Of a stretch of DNA of 64,000 nucleotides, positions 46,977 through 63,525 are shown in pieces; positions within the stretch are counted from its first letter, which is position 1, and the number at the start of each line of letters is the position of its first letter. The DNA is from Eledone cirrhosa (Eukaryota): positions 26,350,001 to 26,414,000 of the forward strand of contig OZ024749.1 in the NCBI GenBank assembly GCA_964016885.1, read 5' to 3'. Made by a program: the position numbers and the translations under genes. Below the pieces are notes generated by a model. The model made no database searches and had not been told where the DNA came from. It saw only the letters and a program-made list of their open reading frames with translations.

Positions 46977-47178
46977 GGGGATTTCTTTCTTCGTTTCTGT
47001 GCCTTTCCTTTCTTCTATCCTACGCCATTTTGTTTGTGTGTGGGTTGCGGTGCTCAGTTTGCGCATGCGCCACATCCGGGTGTCTGTGTGTGTTTGTGTT
47101 CATTTTTCTATTTTTCTATTTATATTTGTTTGTTTATTTATTTATTTATTGTTGGTTGGTTGTTTGGAACTCTCCGTT

Positions 47179-49562
47179 TGGAACTCTCCGTTTTATAACC
47201 ACTCCGATAAATCATTCGACCTACGACGAGTCCACGCCACGACTTTGCCATTTAACAAACGCACGCAGTTGCCGTCGCAGGTCGATGAACAAACAGAAGC
47301 ACAATTTAGTATAGCTAAATCCGAACTTAGAAATATTATAGAACAGTATAGCAAGAAGCATAATAGAATAGAGGCCCAGCAACTGGGAGAAGAATCTGCA
47401 AATGGCTTGCGTAAGCTCATGCAGCGCTCGCGTAATGGAGAGATAGCATGCTTTCCAACAGACAAGTCTGGCAGAATGTCGGTTGACAGCCTGCCAAACT
47501 ACATCCAGGCAATGCAACCCCACATCACTAACACAAGAGAGGTAACACCACAGGAGCATGAGGATAGAGAAAAAACCCTCAATGCCCATATGGTGATGTG
47601 GACAAATATAATGCAGCCCAACAAAAGGACTGCCAACAACTTCCAGGCCTGGAACAATGACGTGCCGGCGTTGTATGGGCTTCGAAAAGACCATAAAACG
47701 GGCTGGGACCCTGTCGCGGGACCACCAACACGGCCAGTCTGTGGGGCTAACATTGCTAGTAACTACAGACTGTCCTACTTCCTCTCCCTGATCATACGCC
47801 CCATCATTGAGATGTCCCCAGATGTGTGTGACAGCACGGAGGACCTCCTCAGCAGAATCGGCGCGGGTAACCGATCTGGGGACCTAACAAACTGCATAAT
47901 AGGCAGTATGGATGTTGTGTCCCTGTATCCATCTATTGACGTGGATTTTGCTGTGGAGAAATGCGTCGAAATGATCAGCGAGAGCAAGGTTGAGTTCCGT
48001 GGGATTGATACCAGTGAGCTGGGACTTCTACTTAAGCTTACCCATAGTAATAGTTACCTAGACACTTATGACCTTAGCAACCTGTGCCCTACAAGACCAG
48101 CAAGAGGCAGACCACCTACCATTACCTCAATGGCCAAGAAAACCCACACAGATAGATGGAACGGGTGGACCAGAGCCATACGGACACCCGAAAACCACGA
48201 TGAACTGAAGAAAATGATTGCACATGCGGTAGGGGCCAGCATAAATTAACCCTTAAGGAACATATGTTCAAATTTAATGGTAAAACATATGCCCAAGAGG
48301 AAGGAGCAGCCATTGGTGTTAGCATTGCAGGCGACATAGCTAACTTGTTCATGGTATGGTGGGACAGTAGACTTAAACAAAAACTTAAAGAACAATTAGA
48401 AGACAGCTTAACCCTGATAATGTACTCCCGCTACGTAGATGATATAAACATCGTAGTTAAGACACCCCCACTAAAGAACAGTCAGGAACCAGAGAAAAAC
48501 ACAATGGAAAGCATCCAGCAAATAGCAAACTCCATCCACCAGAGCATTAGAGTTACTGTAGACTACCCAAGTAGACACCCCAACCATCGATTACCTGTAC
48601 TAGACACAGAGCTCTGGTTAGATACTATTAACAACCAAAAACAAATCCTCCATTCCCATTATGCCAAACCCATGACTTCCAAACATCTGATCCACCGAAA
48701 CTCGGCCATTTCGGACCATACCAAAATCAACATACTGATTGCGGATTTGATACGGGTGATGAGAAATGTGTCCCGCATGTGCAACCCCGAAGAACTAGAG
48801 AGACACATACAACACTTCATCCACCGTATGCAGTTCTCTGGCTACAATCAGAGAGATAGAATCAGAGTGTATAAAGGAGCCAGAACCAAATGGGAAAAAA
48901 TGGTAAATAATGACATAAATGGGACCTGCCCCTTGTATAGGAGCAAATTTTGGAATAGAATAGAAAGAACTAAGAACAAGGCCAATAGAATAAACTCATG
49001 GTATGATAGCAATAAATACCAGAGTGTAATGTTCATCAATACAACCCCTAGAGGCGAACTAGCCTACAAATTTAGAAGGGCCCTAAAGAAACATAATCTC
49101 AATATTAAGATAGTAGAAAGACCTGGTACCTCCGTAAAAACACTTATTAGCAAGACATACCCGTTCCAAAGACCCTCATGTATAGATAAGAAATGTATAA
49201 CCTGTAAAATAAGACCCCATATTAACTGTAAAACTAGAAATGTAGTATATAGCATAAGATGTACTGAAGGACAATGTAGAAACAAAAATATAGTGTACAT
49301 AGGTGAGACAGCTCGTAGTATAGGGGAACGAATAAATGAACACTGGCGAGACCTCCAAGATAGTAAAGAATCATCTGTGCTCTACCAACATGCTAAGATA
49401 GAACACAGGGGTAAATTAGAGAGCATAGAAATAAAAATAGAATCCACACACAAGAAAGACGCAATGTTTAGGCAAATTACAGAGGCAGTAAGCATAAAAG
49501 AATTAAAACCAAAATTAAATAGAAAATATGAGTGGAACAGCAACATCACAACTTACAATTAA
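47179..49562 (+). pseudogene. PLE RT + GIY-YIG, with a 1-bp frameshift near 48245
   Basis: ORFs 46999-48249 and 48264-49562. RT and endonuclease are in frame here (KGARTKWEKMVNND). Confidence 0.88.
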
Positions 49563-49837
49563 GGACAAAATGAAAACACACACACACATAGAACAAACAA
49601 CTTACAATTGAAAACACACACAAAATGAAAACACACACACACATAGAACAAACAACCAACCAACAATAAATAAATAAATAAACAAACAAATATAAATAGA
49701 AAAATAGAAAAATGAACACAAACACACACAGACACCCGGATGTGGCGCATGCGCAAACTGAGCACGCAACCCACACACAAACAAAATGGCGTAGGATAGA
49801 AGAAAGGAAAGGCACAGAAACGAAGAAAGAAATCCCC

Positions 49838-49882
49838 AGTCACTGAAGAGGTCACAGAGTGTGTGACGAAAGAACTATGACT
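49838..49882 (+). ncRNA. Minimal hammerhead ribozyme in PLE pLTR
   Basis: agtcaCTGAAGAggtcacagagtgtgtgacGAAAgaacTAtgact. Confidence 0.75.
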
Positions 49883-50140
49883 ATATATATATATAAACAA
49901 CTATCTGGTTGTGGAACCAACCAACCAACCAGAAATTTATAAATTTGTAAATTTATAAATATATATTAAATTAAATTGAAGTGAAAGCAACTGGTGCGTG
50001 TGTTTCTTATTGGCAACATGACCCTCCCAAAGTATAACAATATCGGTTTCAACACACGATTTCAGATAAAGAATCTTGCTAAACAAATTCAGAAACGAAA
50101 TATATATATATATTTATATATATATTTATATATATATATT

Positions 50141-50207
<67 letters not shown>

Positions 50208-50226
50208 ATATCTATATATATATATT

Positions 50227-50350
<124 letters not shown>

Positions 50351-50360
50351 AATATATATT

Positions 50361-50438
<78 letters not shown>

Positions 50439-50452
50439 AATATATATATATT

Positions 50453-50569
<117 letters not shown>

Positions 50570-50594
50570 ATTTATATTTATATATATATATATT

Positions 50595-50772
<178 letters not shown>

Positions 50773-50864
50773 TATATATATATATTTATATATATATATT
50801 TATATATATATATTTATATATATATATTTATATATATATATTTATATATATATATTTATATATA

Positions 50865-50917
<53 letters not shown>

Positions 50918-50944
50918 TTATATATATATATTTATATATATATT

Positions 50945-50983
<39 letters not shown>

Positions 50984-51084
50984 ATTTATATATATATTTA
51001 TATATATATATATTTATATATATATTTATATATATATATATTTATATATATATATTTATATATATATATTTATATATATATATT

Positions 51085-51122
<38 letters not shown>

Positions 51123-51146
51123 TATATATATATATTTATATATATA

Positions 51147-51556
51147 TAAATTGAAACAAAATGAAAACGAAATTTCATTTCTCACTCTTAGTATGGCACT
51201 TACTTAAATGTAAGTATGCATGTATACGTACATACATATATGTATACAGACGTACAGTAGCATGCACATATATATATATATATACATATATATATACATA
51301 TGCATACAGGTACACATACATATATGCACGTATCGGTTTAGCGGCGCTAACGTCGCTTTGTTCGTTTGTAAACAAACTGAACAGCCTGAATTTATGCCAT
51401 ACGGTGTTAAGGCAACCACGTCACCTTTTTGTTCAACACTGACACAGGAACGATGTACTAGTTTCAAGCTTGTTAGCTATCATCAGCACCGTTTACCCAT
51501 CTGCCAGATAGTTGAACGTTCGAAAGTATATACTTTCCTTATGAAAATTAACGGCT
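51147..51556 (-). mobile_element. Family C retrozyme-like copy truncated by the gap
   Basis: Mirror of 41066-41475. Hammerhead at 51449-51493. Confidence 0.87.
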
Positions 51557-51756
51557 NNNNNNNNNNNNNNNNNNNNNNNNNNNNNNNNNNNNNNNNNNNN
51601 NNNNNNNNNNNNNNNNNNNNNNNNNNNNNNNNNNNNNNNNNNNNNNNNNNNNNNNNNNNNNNNNNNNNNNNNNNNNNNNNNNNNNNNNNNNNNNNNNNNN
51701 NNNNNNNNNNNNNNNNNNNNNNNNNNNNNNNNNNNNNNNNNNNNNNNNNNNNNNNN
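51557..51756. other. Assembly gap (200 N)
   Basis: Direct reading. Confidence 1.
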
Positions 51757-51793
51757 TTATATATATATATATTATATATATATATATTATATA

Positions 51794-51846
<53 letters not shown>

Positions 51847-52122
51847 TATATATATATATATTATATTTTTATATATTATATATATATATATTATATATAT
51901 ATATATATTATATATATATATATTATATATATATATTATATATATATTATATATATATATATATTTTATATATATATATATTATATATATATATATTTTA
52001 TATATATATATATTATATATATATATATTATATATATATATTATATATATATTATATATATATATATTTTATATATATATATATTATATATATATATATT
52101 ATATATATATATATTATATATA

Positions 52123-52171
<49 letters not shown>

Positions 52172-52254
52172 TATATATTATATATATATATATTAGATAT
52201 ATATATATTATATATATATATATTATATATATATATATTATATATATATATTAT

Positions 52255-52286
<32 letters not shown>

Positions 52287-52687
52287 TATATATATATATA
52301 TTATATTTTTATATTATATATATATATATATTATATATATATATATATTATATATATATATATTATATATATATATATTATATTTTTATATATTATATAT
52401 ATATATATTATATATATATATATATTATATATATATATTATATATATATATATTATATTTTTATATATTATATATATATATATTATATATATATATATAT
52501 TATATATATATATATTATATATATATATATTATATATATATATATTATATATATATATATTATATATATATATATATTATATATATATATTATATATATA
52601 TATGTTATATATATATATGTTATATATATATATTATATATATATATATGTTATATATATTATATATATATATACTTATATATATATA

Positions 52688-53462
52688 TAACACATATATT
52701 TTTATTGTTTGACCCGAATTACTTGGTCGTTTTGTTTTGGCTGTGCGGATGATATGTTTAACCATCATCTCAGTGTGTTTGGCGCTTAACGTATGTTGTA
52801 GCTCTGATTCATATGATTCATCGAGCGCTTGCCACACATATCAGACGTTGATTTTCGTTAATTCCTGAGCTGAAAACGATTCTCGCTAATTTATATTTGT
52901 ATTAATCTCCAGAGTCTAGCTATTGAGCAGTTAATTTTATTGATTTTTTCAGTTACTTATATTGACTGTTGAATGGCTCTGTTATATTTAACTTTGCATT
53001 TTCGCAATAATACACAACTGAATCATTCGCTTAATAGAGGTGTTACCTCCCTTGCTGAATCCCACGAGGGGTCAGTAATAGCCACACTATCTATAGCATC
53101 TTGGAGCAAAACCCGTTGATAACACGACTGCCTTGTTCATCATCTCAGCAGAAGCCCAACATTCTTTATGTAGGCGGACAGTACCTGATTTGAAGTCGCA
53201 GAAACCAATACTGGATTTTACCATCAGTCCAGGGTCCGGGAAAGTATCAACACATATATTTTTATTGTTTGACCCGAATTACTTGGTCGTTTTGATTTTG
53301 GTTGTGCGGATGATATGTTTAACCATCATCTCAGTGTGTTTGGCCCTTAACGTATGTTGTAGCTCTGATTCATATGATTCATCGAGCGCTTGCCACACAT
53401 ATCGGACGTTGATTTTCGTTAATTCCTGAGCTGAAAACGATTCTCGCTAATTTATATTTGTA
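52688..53462. repeat. ~210-bp direct repeats (52688-52901, 53249-53462) around a ~350-bp spacer, within (TA)n
   Basis: aacacatatatttttattgtttgacccg...ctcgctaatttatatttgta occurs twice. Confidence 0.85.
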
Positions 53463-53482
53463 TATATATATATATATATATA

Positions 53483-53580
<98 letters not shown>

Positions 53581-53636
53581 ATTATATATATATTATATAT
53601 ATATATTATATATATATATTATATATATATATTATA

Positions 53637-53690
<54 letters not shown>

Positions 53691-53711
53691 TTATATATAT
53701 ATATATATATA

Positions 53712-53750
<39 letters not shown>

Positions 53751-53908
53751 TTTATATATATATATATATATATATACTTATATATATATATATATATACT
53801 TATATATATATATTTATATATATATACTTATATATATATATATATATATATACTTATATATATATATATATATATATACTTATATATATATATATATATA
53901 TATATATA

Positions 53909-53945
<37 letters not shown>

Positions 53946-53974
53946 TTATATATATATATATATATATATATATA

Positions 53975-54015
<41 letters not shown>

Positions 54016-54390
54016 TTATATATATATATATATATATATACTTATATATATATATATATATACTTATATATATATATATATATATATATACTTATATATA
54101 TATATATATATTATATATATATATATATATACTTATATATATATATATATTATATATATATATATATATACTTATATATATATATATATATTATATATAT
54201 ATATATATATACTTATATATATATATATATTATATATATATATATATATACTTATATATATATATATATATTATATATATATATACTTATATATATTATA
54301 TATATATATATATATACTTATATATATATATATATATTATATATATATACTTATATATATATATTATATATATATATATATATACTTATA

Positions 54391-54441
<51 letters not shown>

Positions 54442-54446
54442 TTATA

Positions 54447-54512
<66 letters not shown>

Positions 54513-54527
54513 ATATATACTTATACT

Positions 54528-54563
<36 letters not shown>

Positions 54564-54576
54564 ATATATACTTATA

Positions 54577-54642
<66 letters not shown>

Positions 54643-54655
54643 ATATATACTTATA

Positions 54656-54697
<42 letters not shown>

Positions 54698-54710
54698 ATA
54701 TATACTTATA

Positions 54711-54756
<46 letters not shown>

Positions 54757-54862
54757 TACATGTATTGAAATTTCCGTTGAAAACAGAAAAGGTCATAGAA
54801 GTGAAGAGTGCTCTATGTAAGTACCAGAGCAAAATTTATTGTATAAAAATCAATACAATATG

Positions 54863-54940
54863 ATTACCTCATTACCAGAGGTTTCCCGAATGAGGCGAAT
54901 ACGAAAGAAACGTCTTCATTCGTTCGTCAGACGAGGCAAT
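54863..54940 (-). ncRNA. Solo type I hammerhead ribozyme (PLE pLTR remnant)
   Basis: attgcctcgt CTGACGA a-cgaatga...tcattcg-g GAAA cc-tct-gg TA atgaggtaat. Stem I is 10 bp including G-U pairs. Confidence 0.75.
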
Positions 54941-55029
54941 ATAAAACATGGGTAAATACTTGGAAAGTCTCATCAAGAAAAGCAAAAAAAAATATATAGA
55001 CAAATGAATTACAATATGAAATATATAAA

Positions 55030-55498
55030 AATCTTTACGGTGGCTATGGTGAAAGAAGTTATATGGTGGACGAGATTGAGAGGACTGAGGACAGATGCTT
55101 TTCTCTCCGGACAACAATTGATTCCCTTCTTTAAGTATCACTTTAGAAGGAGAATCAGAGTGGAGAGAAAGGCACTGCACCCCAGTAAATTTACTGAAAG
55201 GTGGGTGAATGAAGCGAAAATGGCCCGAGTGATTGGGCCTTCTCTGTTTATAAGCCTGTAGGTTGAAGAAGAGAGCAAAAGGAAAAAAGGGGCACTTGCA
55301 CAAGACGCTCCTGGAGTTGAGAGTTGTTCTATCGACGGGGTATTAAACAACCCATTTGTGGCGCCTCCCCCCCTATTGGGGATTTCGATTGTTGAAATTG
55401 TTTGTTTTTATATTTTTTACACGACTGTATGTAAAATACCCAGCATGTCTTTGTATTGTCCCCTTTTCTTGTGCGCCCTTGTGGCTAATAAAGAAATA
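55030..55498 (+). mobile_element. 5'-truncated Tx1-like LINE, related subfamily
   Basis: VAMVKEVIWWTRLRGL...ERWVNEAKMARVIGPSLFISL* matches the ORF2 C-terminus. The 3' UTR has ccccctattgggga and cccttgtggctAATAAAgaaat. Confidence 0.88.
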
Positions 55499-55609
55499 TA
55501 TCTATCTTTCTCTATCTATCTGTCCATCTCTCTCTGTCTCTATTTATCTCACTCTTCTCTCTCACGCTCTTCTCTCTCTCACTCTTTTCTATCTCCCTCT
55601 TCTTTCCTT

Positions 55610-55710
<101 letters not shown>

Positions 55711-55927
55711 TATATATTGAATATATATGTTTCACTCATTCTTTTTTTACCTCTCTTCTAATCTATACTTCACGCGCAGTCGTTTTTTCTTCCTATGCAT
55801 TTATATATATATATTCTTCATGTCAAATTTTATGCTCCATCACTCCCCTTCCCCCCTCTCTCTCTCTCTCTCTATACCTCTCCCACCTCTCATCATATGT
55901 TTTACTTTCTATTCCTTTCGCTATCTC

Positions 55928-55958
<31 letters not shown>

Positions 55959-56439
55959 CACCCACATCCTCCCTCTCTCTCACTCACATTCTCTCTCTCT
56001 CTCTCCGTCCTGGCTTTCCTTCCGTTCATAATAGGTTATATTCTAACCTGACCCATTGCTATTCATAATAGCGTCTGGCTGTTTTACAGCTGTTTTCGCG
56101 TTTGAGATTCCCACTATTTTATGACATTTTTTACACGCATCGCTGAAGTTTATATTTCATATCATTTTGGATGGCCGACTGAATACGCACGTGTGTTTCA
56201 TCCCTTTTTTTCTCATTTTTCCCCGTTCCTTCCCCTCATCACTCTTTAATTTCTATTTATCTTCTATTTCTAACTTTATCTTCTGATGAAGGACTCGTGT
56301 CCAAAATTTTAAGACTCTCTTCCTGCTATTTCAAGCGTTAAACTAATATATTTCTTCCATGTACTGTGCAGTTTGTTTTCTTATTTTTGTTATTTCTGTT
56401 TACTTTTTACACACACACACAGTCACACACACACACACA

Positions 56440-56487
<48 letters not shown>

Positions 56488-56933
56488 CTATACGCTCTGC
56501 AATATTCCTCCAACCTCTTCTCTAGACAACATTAACAATCTACCTATAGGCTGAGGATCAGAAATAAATATCATTTCTATTGCTGTATTAACTACTGCAA
56601 CTGCTACTACTACTACTACTACTACTAGTACTACTACTACTGATACTCGGGCTGCCAGTACTAATAAAAATAACATTATTGTTATTATTTTTATTATTAT
56701 TGTTGCTGTTGTTGTTATCATCATCATCATCATCAACATTATTGATGTTGTTGTTCTTGCTATTTCTATTACTTTTTTTTTTTTTTAAACTTATGAAATG
56801 TGTTCCAAAATAAATTTTATTGCAATCTAGAATGATTTCGAAGCTTCCAGACAAGTTGTAGAAATAGAAAATTGATACATACGCATTCATACAGACACAC
56901 ACACACCCTCATACATACACACACACATACGTA

Positions 56934-56966
<33 letters not shown>

Positions 56967-57275
56967 ATATACATATGTGTGTGTATATACATATGCACAT
57001 ATATATATACATACACAATTTTTATAAATTTAGAAAAATATATGCACATTTATTGTATATATAATGATTTTAAGATTCTATATAATTTATATATATATAT
57101 ATATACATAAAAACATACATATATATATATAAACATATATATATACTTATATATAAACATAAAACATATATATATATACTTATATATAAACATAAAACAT
57201 ATATATATATATACTTATATATAAACATACATATATATATATATATATTATATATATATATAAACATATATATAC

Positions 57276-57345
<70 letters not shown>

Positions 57346-58405
57346 TTACTGTATAAGACTTTCCTAATCGCAAAACGATTGTTCTGGTAATAAATCCTAC
57401 AGCGATTTTTATTATTAGAAGGAAAGAAACACAAGACGAGGAAGTATTCCATACTAACCATTTCAATAAAAAAGATGTCATCCCGAATTTAAAAGCCAGA
57501 AAATCTTCAATTTTTTCTTTCTTCGTGGAATATACGCTTTGTCGAATTTTACTGCATTTTGAATAAAATATAAAAAGCTAAGAATTCTGATTGGTTGCAG
57601 TGTAGCAGGGGTTATTTTCCTGTTGTTTCTGTATGTTATTTATATAGTAGTAGTGGTGGTGGTAGTAGTATAGTAGTGGTGGTGGTAGTAGTAATATAGT
57701 AGTGGTGGTGGTGGTAGTAGTAGTAGTTGTTGTAGTAGTAGTTTCAGCTGAAATCTTTTGGCAGCTCCAATTTGAAATTGGAAAAAGAAATTTATTTGCG
57801 ATTATCGAACCGAAATGTGAAATAAATAAATAAAATAAGACAAAAACATACAAATAAATTATTGAAATATGGCGCTGTTCTCTGGCCCGATCAATAACTA
57901 TATAGATTCTGCGAATTTAATTTCTATTCGGGGTATGTTTCGTTCGTGTTGAGTTATGTTTTTATTTTGTTGAGTTTTAGCCCCTACCGGAAGTAAGACA
58001 AAACAAATTTCGAGCGAGATATAAATCAGGGTTTTAAGCAGAGTCAGCCATTTTAGGGGGAAAATGCGATTTAATGTTGGGTTCTATTTATCGCATTTTT
58101 CAAATGAAAAACTATCACAAAATGGAATTAAAATAATCTGAAATCAATAAATGAAGTGATAAGCCATTCGTGAATTACGAGAAAACATAAGATCGATGGT
58201 TTAACCTTTGGATTCAGTTGCCTTAGTTTATTAAAATATCCAAGTATATATATATATATATATATATATTCATATCTATATATATATATATATATTTATT
58301 TATGTTTATATTTATATATATATATTTATATATATATATATTTATATTTATATACACGTGTGTGTGTGTGTGAGTCCTCCAGAAACCATTCTATATTAAA
58401 TTGTG

Positions 58406-58450
<45 letters not shown>

Positions 58451-58564
58451 TAAATCCTGAATTTTTTTACTCTGAAATTTTGCCTGCCCCTTCAGTAAAT
58501 GTTTTAAGTTACATGGCATTTTACACGCCCCAATTCATTGTTGTATATATAAGGAACAGATATT

Positions 58565-58663
<99 letters not shown>

Positions 58664-58758
58664 TTTTGAGTTTATGTTGGTTGTATACCAACACCTCAGT
58701 ATGCAGGCTGGAGCACTCGACGAAGTGCGCAGGTTGGTTTGGTTACTCAGGAGTAGTG

Positions 58759-59028
58759 TAGAATAAAGTTAAATAAAAGTCAAATGATTAAAATTTAGCT
58801 TCGTTTGAATTCATATGACTCCAGTTCCCCAGTGAATTAACAACCCAACAAGGAACTGGGCATATCAGAGTATTGACAATATCATACACCTAAACAACAT
58901 ATGTACTTGTCTATACCATACTAATTCAAACTGCCTGAAGAGGTCACAGCCAAAGATGGCTGTCACTGAAATATATATAGCAGTAATAAACGAAGCTAAA
59001 TTTTAATCATTGACTTTTATTTAACTTT

Positions 59029-59034
<6 letters not shown>
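58759..59034 (+). mobile_element. PLE pLTR remnant with inverted terminal copy and minimal hammerhead (58930-58984)
   Basis: actgc CTGAAGA g-gtcacagcca-aaga-tggctgtcac-t GAAA tatata TA gcagt, then AATAAA. About 47-bp inverted arms at 58759-58807 and 58988-59034. Confidence 0.7.
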
Positions 59035-60082
<1,048 letters not shown>

Positions 60083-60315
60083 TATAAACGATGTGCTCAA
60101 GCACCGAGATGCAATAAAATAGCTTATAAAATAAGATGAAAACCCTTAAAAGACGGAAAAAGAAGTTATCATCGGCCGTTATCTGGGAGATACAAATCTC
60201 CTCGTAGCGACAGAAAGCAACTTCTTTAGCCGTCTATTCTGGAAATGTAAATAGGACATACTCTAACAACAACACACTAGCAGGGTACTTTTATACTTTT
60301 CTCTGTTGATCACAC

Positions 60316-60372
<57 letters not shown>

Positions 60373-60375
<3 letters not shown>

Positions 60376-61165
60376 TGGTTACACAACAGTTAGTTCACCA
60401 TACCGTGAACAATTGTTTCACCTTAGCGGATCTTCAGCTCGGCATGTGCATGGTTACAGGAACAGGAAGGACAACCGTACGAACGCGCATGCGCAGAAAC
60501 TCGGTCACTTCACACAGGAAATACTAGACTGCGTGCGAGAGGTGTAAGGGAGATAACTGCGAAAGTCCGGAAAGTTTTTAGGTTAAAATTAAAATAAAAT
60601 TTAAAATAAAATTACAAAGAATCAGTCCGGAGCCTTGTAGTTATGCAATAGATGTTTGGTGACGTGTGGACAACGTGTGAAAAATTCACTTCTCGTGTTT
60701 AGGCAATCACTATTGCGTAATCTCTTTAGAATTGTTATTCGTTCGTCAATACATAAGCCACACGTCGGATTTCCCCTTGCGTATGCCTTGGACTTAGTGA
60801 TGGCTTTCCATTGAATGGAGTAGCCTATACTTGAGTCCTTGAGGGACCATACGAGGCTCACGAGTTTCGTGGATGAACGTCTGTCCGAGTATCTGAAGGT
60901 AGACTGGTGGTTCAGGAAACGCTCCTTGAATTGGCCCTCCACCATGCCCACATAGGATTTGACCTCCTGTGGTTCGTTTGGTCGGTTGGAAGTGATCACA
61001 GCTTCATAGATTACAGCTGGTGTGTTGCATTGCTGTTGAAGGGGGCAAGCTTCAGGCTTACGACAAGAGCACCCTGGTGGGGTGTTGCTCCTAGAGCTGC
61101 TGGTGATGTGCGCCTTCATGTTCTTAGCGCAGGAGTATCCTAGTTTAACTTTGTGTCGGCTAAAT
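60373..61165 (-). mobile_element. 5'-truncated PLE of a second lineage: GIY-YIG end + pLTR
   Basis: The ORF is followed by a hammerhead-like ccgag CTGAAGA tcc-gctaa-ggt GAAA caattg TT cacgg at 60403-60442, then (TA)n. Confidence 0.8.
60622..61165 (-). pseudogene. PLE GIY-YIG endonuclease fragment
   Basis: KLGYSC, CSCRKPEACPL...C, AVIYEA...YVGMVEGQFKERFLNH, CGLCIDE, LNTRSEFFTRCPH. Confidence 0.85.
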
Positions 61166-61174
61166 ATATATATA

Positions 61175-61350
61175 CAGTAAAATTCTCTTTTAACGAAATT
61201 CACGGGGTATAAAAAAAATTAGATGTAACGAAAAATTCTTTATAACGAGATCGACCTAACACATCGAGCATGTGGCCGATGATTGAAAAAAAATGTCGTT
61301 ATACTGAACAATTCGTTATAATGGTATTCGTTAAAACGGAATTTTACTTG
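61175..61350. mobile_element. pogo/Tigger-like MITE
   Basis: TA-cagtaaaattctcttttaacgaa ... ttcgttaaaacggaattttact termini. Confidence 0.7.
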
Positions 61351-61487
61351 CATATATGTGTATGTGTGGTGTTAGGACATGCCCTTTTTACATTTTCAAT
61401 TTAAATCTGTATAGATATGTTTATAAGTATATGTGTGGGTGCATATATGTTTATGAGTCTGTATGTCTGTATGTATATATGTATGCG

Positions 61488-61548
<61 letters not shown>

Positions 61549-61567
61549 ATATAATATAATATAATCG

Positions 61568-61895
61568 AATAAACAAGAGAGATGAACACTAATATATACA
61601 TACATGTGTTCGAATCGTAAGGACCAAGTTTGCTAGGGTGAAAAAATACTAACTACAGCAATATGGTTTGTCAGAATTAATTTTAAATATTAAATTTTAA
61701 AAAAGTAACAGACCTATATTGGGCAAATCGCCTAGTTTGTTACTTTTTTCTGTTACTTTTTTTTTTATTTAATATTTAAAATTAATTCTGACAAACCATA
61801 TTGCTGTAGTTAGTATTTTTTCACCCTAGCAAACTTGGACCTTACGATTCGAACACATGTATGTTTATATTAGTGTTCATCTCTCTTGTTTATTT
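61568..61895. repeat. Inverted repeat, ~145-bp arms
   Basis: aaacaagagagatgaacactaat...aaaaaagtaacaga is mirrored at 61749-61895. Confidence 0.9.
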
Positions 61896-62655
61896 AATTA
61901 TATTGTACGGCTCGGAAAAGCACTTTTCTTAGAGCTATTTAATTGTAAGAGACTACACTGAGTTTCTAACTCACTATCTCTCTCTATATATATATATGTG
62001 TGTGTGTGTGTGTTTGAATTTACATACTGGTGGGAAAAACGCTTCAATACATAGAGTATTGTTTAATCATGTAACCAGTATATATATGTGTGTGAATGTA
62101 TGTTTTAAAGTACAATGTACACACACGTTCCTGAATATATATATACACAGCAAAAGAGAGAAAGAGAGGTGTGTATTTGTGAGTTGGTGTCTGTATTGCT
62201 TCAGCACGTATTTCTATACAGAGCAGATTTTTTTTGTAACTTTGCAATGCATATACGTATCTTCTACAGCGTATATATTTCAACACATTTGCACATGATG
62301 TCTAACGGCACCCACGAATATTCACTGATATTTAATAGTATCAGCTGATATCGATATCTACTGATAGCTAATGGTATTCAATAATATCCAGTGTTATTGA
62401 ATCATATCCTTAGATATCTAGTGATATTCAACGATAACCAATCATATTATCAGCTACTTTTGACATCTTCACTCGTTGTTCTATTAAATTAAATTAAATT
62501 TGAAAAAAAATTTGTGTTCGGGGAAAATAAAGATAATGAAAAGTTTATTTTGTTAGAAATGTCTAACAGCGCACGAGGTCTTGTAAGCAGACGATCTCTC
62601 TTTAGCAATCAATAAATTTCTGATTTTCGCATTTTCTTTTATAGTTTTTAGTTTG

Positions 62656-62692
<37 letters not shown>

Positions 62693-62941
62693 AAAATACT
62701 TTATTTACGGCTAATTTAATTTTAGTCATTAACCCGAACCTAATGCCAAATTCGTGGTTTTAATATGTCTGCTGAATGTTTCAATCAAATATCACTGATT
62801 CTTTCTGATGCATTATTTATTGATGTAAGAAAAACATTATATATTTACAATGTCGTCTGCTTCTAGATTGTAGAAACTTATTTAAATCTACGCTCATGTT
62901 ATGTTTCGTGCTACAATGTTGCTGTTGCTGTTAATTAATGG

Positions 62942-63395
62942 TTTCTAATTTAGGCACAAGAACAACAATTTTAGAGGTAAGGAAATGGTGATTAGATCGA
63001 CCCCCAGTGCATTACTGGTACTTTATTTTCTCGACCCTGTAAGGATGAAAAGCAAAGATAACCTCGACGAGATTTTAATTCAAAACGTAAAGAGCCGTAA
63101 CTGAAAAGTATGTTGTCCGACACTCTAGCAATACTGTCCAGTGCCTTGATAATGTTTTTTTTTTTTGTTTGAGGCACAAGGCCAACAATTTTGAAGAGAA
63201 TGGAGAACCGATTAAATTGATCTCAGGGCGTTACTGGTATTTTATTCTATCGACCCGGTAAGAATGAAAGCCAACGCTAACCTCGACCGGATTTGAACTC
63301 AGAACTCATCCCTTTACGTTCTGAGTTCAAATCTCGCCAAGCTTAGCTTTTTTCTTCCCTTCTAATTGCTGGCCTTGTGCCAAAAGTAGAAGCTG
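62942..63395. mobile_element. Cluster of three tRNA-type SINE pieces (-, -, +)
   Basis: ggcacaag...actggtactttatt...cgaccc...aacctcg...gatttgaactcagaac motifs, then a plus-strand gagttcaaatc...ggccttgtgccaaaagtag. Confidence 0.75.
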
Positions 63396-63525
63396 TAAGT
63401 AAAAATGAAGATCACTTTAAATGTATATCTATCAATATAAATTTGTATAAGTTTTTATGCAAAGCTCGAACTTTCGAAGTGCCGAGGGTTTATGAATTTC
63501 ATAGAAAATGTAAGAATTCCAAATG

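Larger units (their letters stand above)
42430..47165 (-). mobile_element. Penelope-like element, near full length, with pLTRs at both ends
   Basis: Direct terminal repeats at 42430-42880 and 46714-47165, each containing a hammerhead and the ORF start. The RT + GIY-YIG ORF lies between them. Confidence 0.92.
47166..50102 (+). mobile_element. Inverted, 5'-truncated copy of the same PLE
   Basis: Mirror of 42430-45358. It starts with a 14-bp duplication, ggaactctccgttt. Confidence 0.9.
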
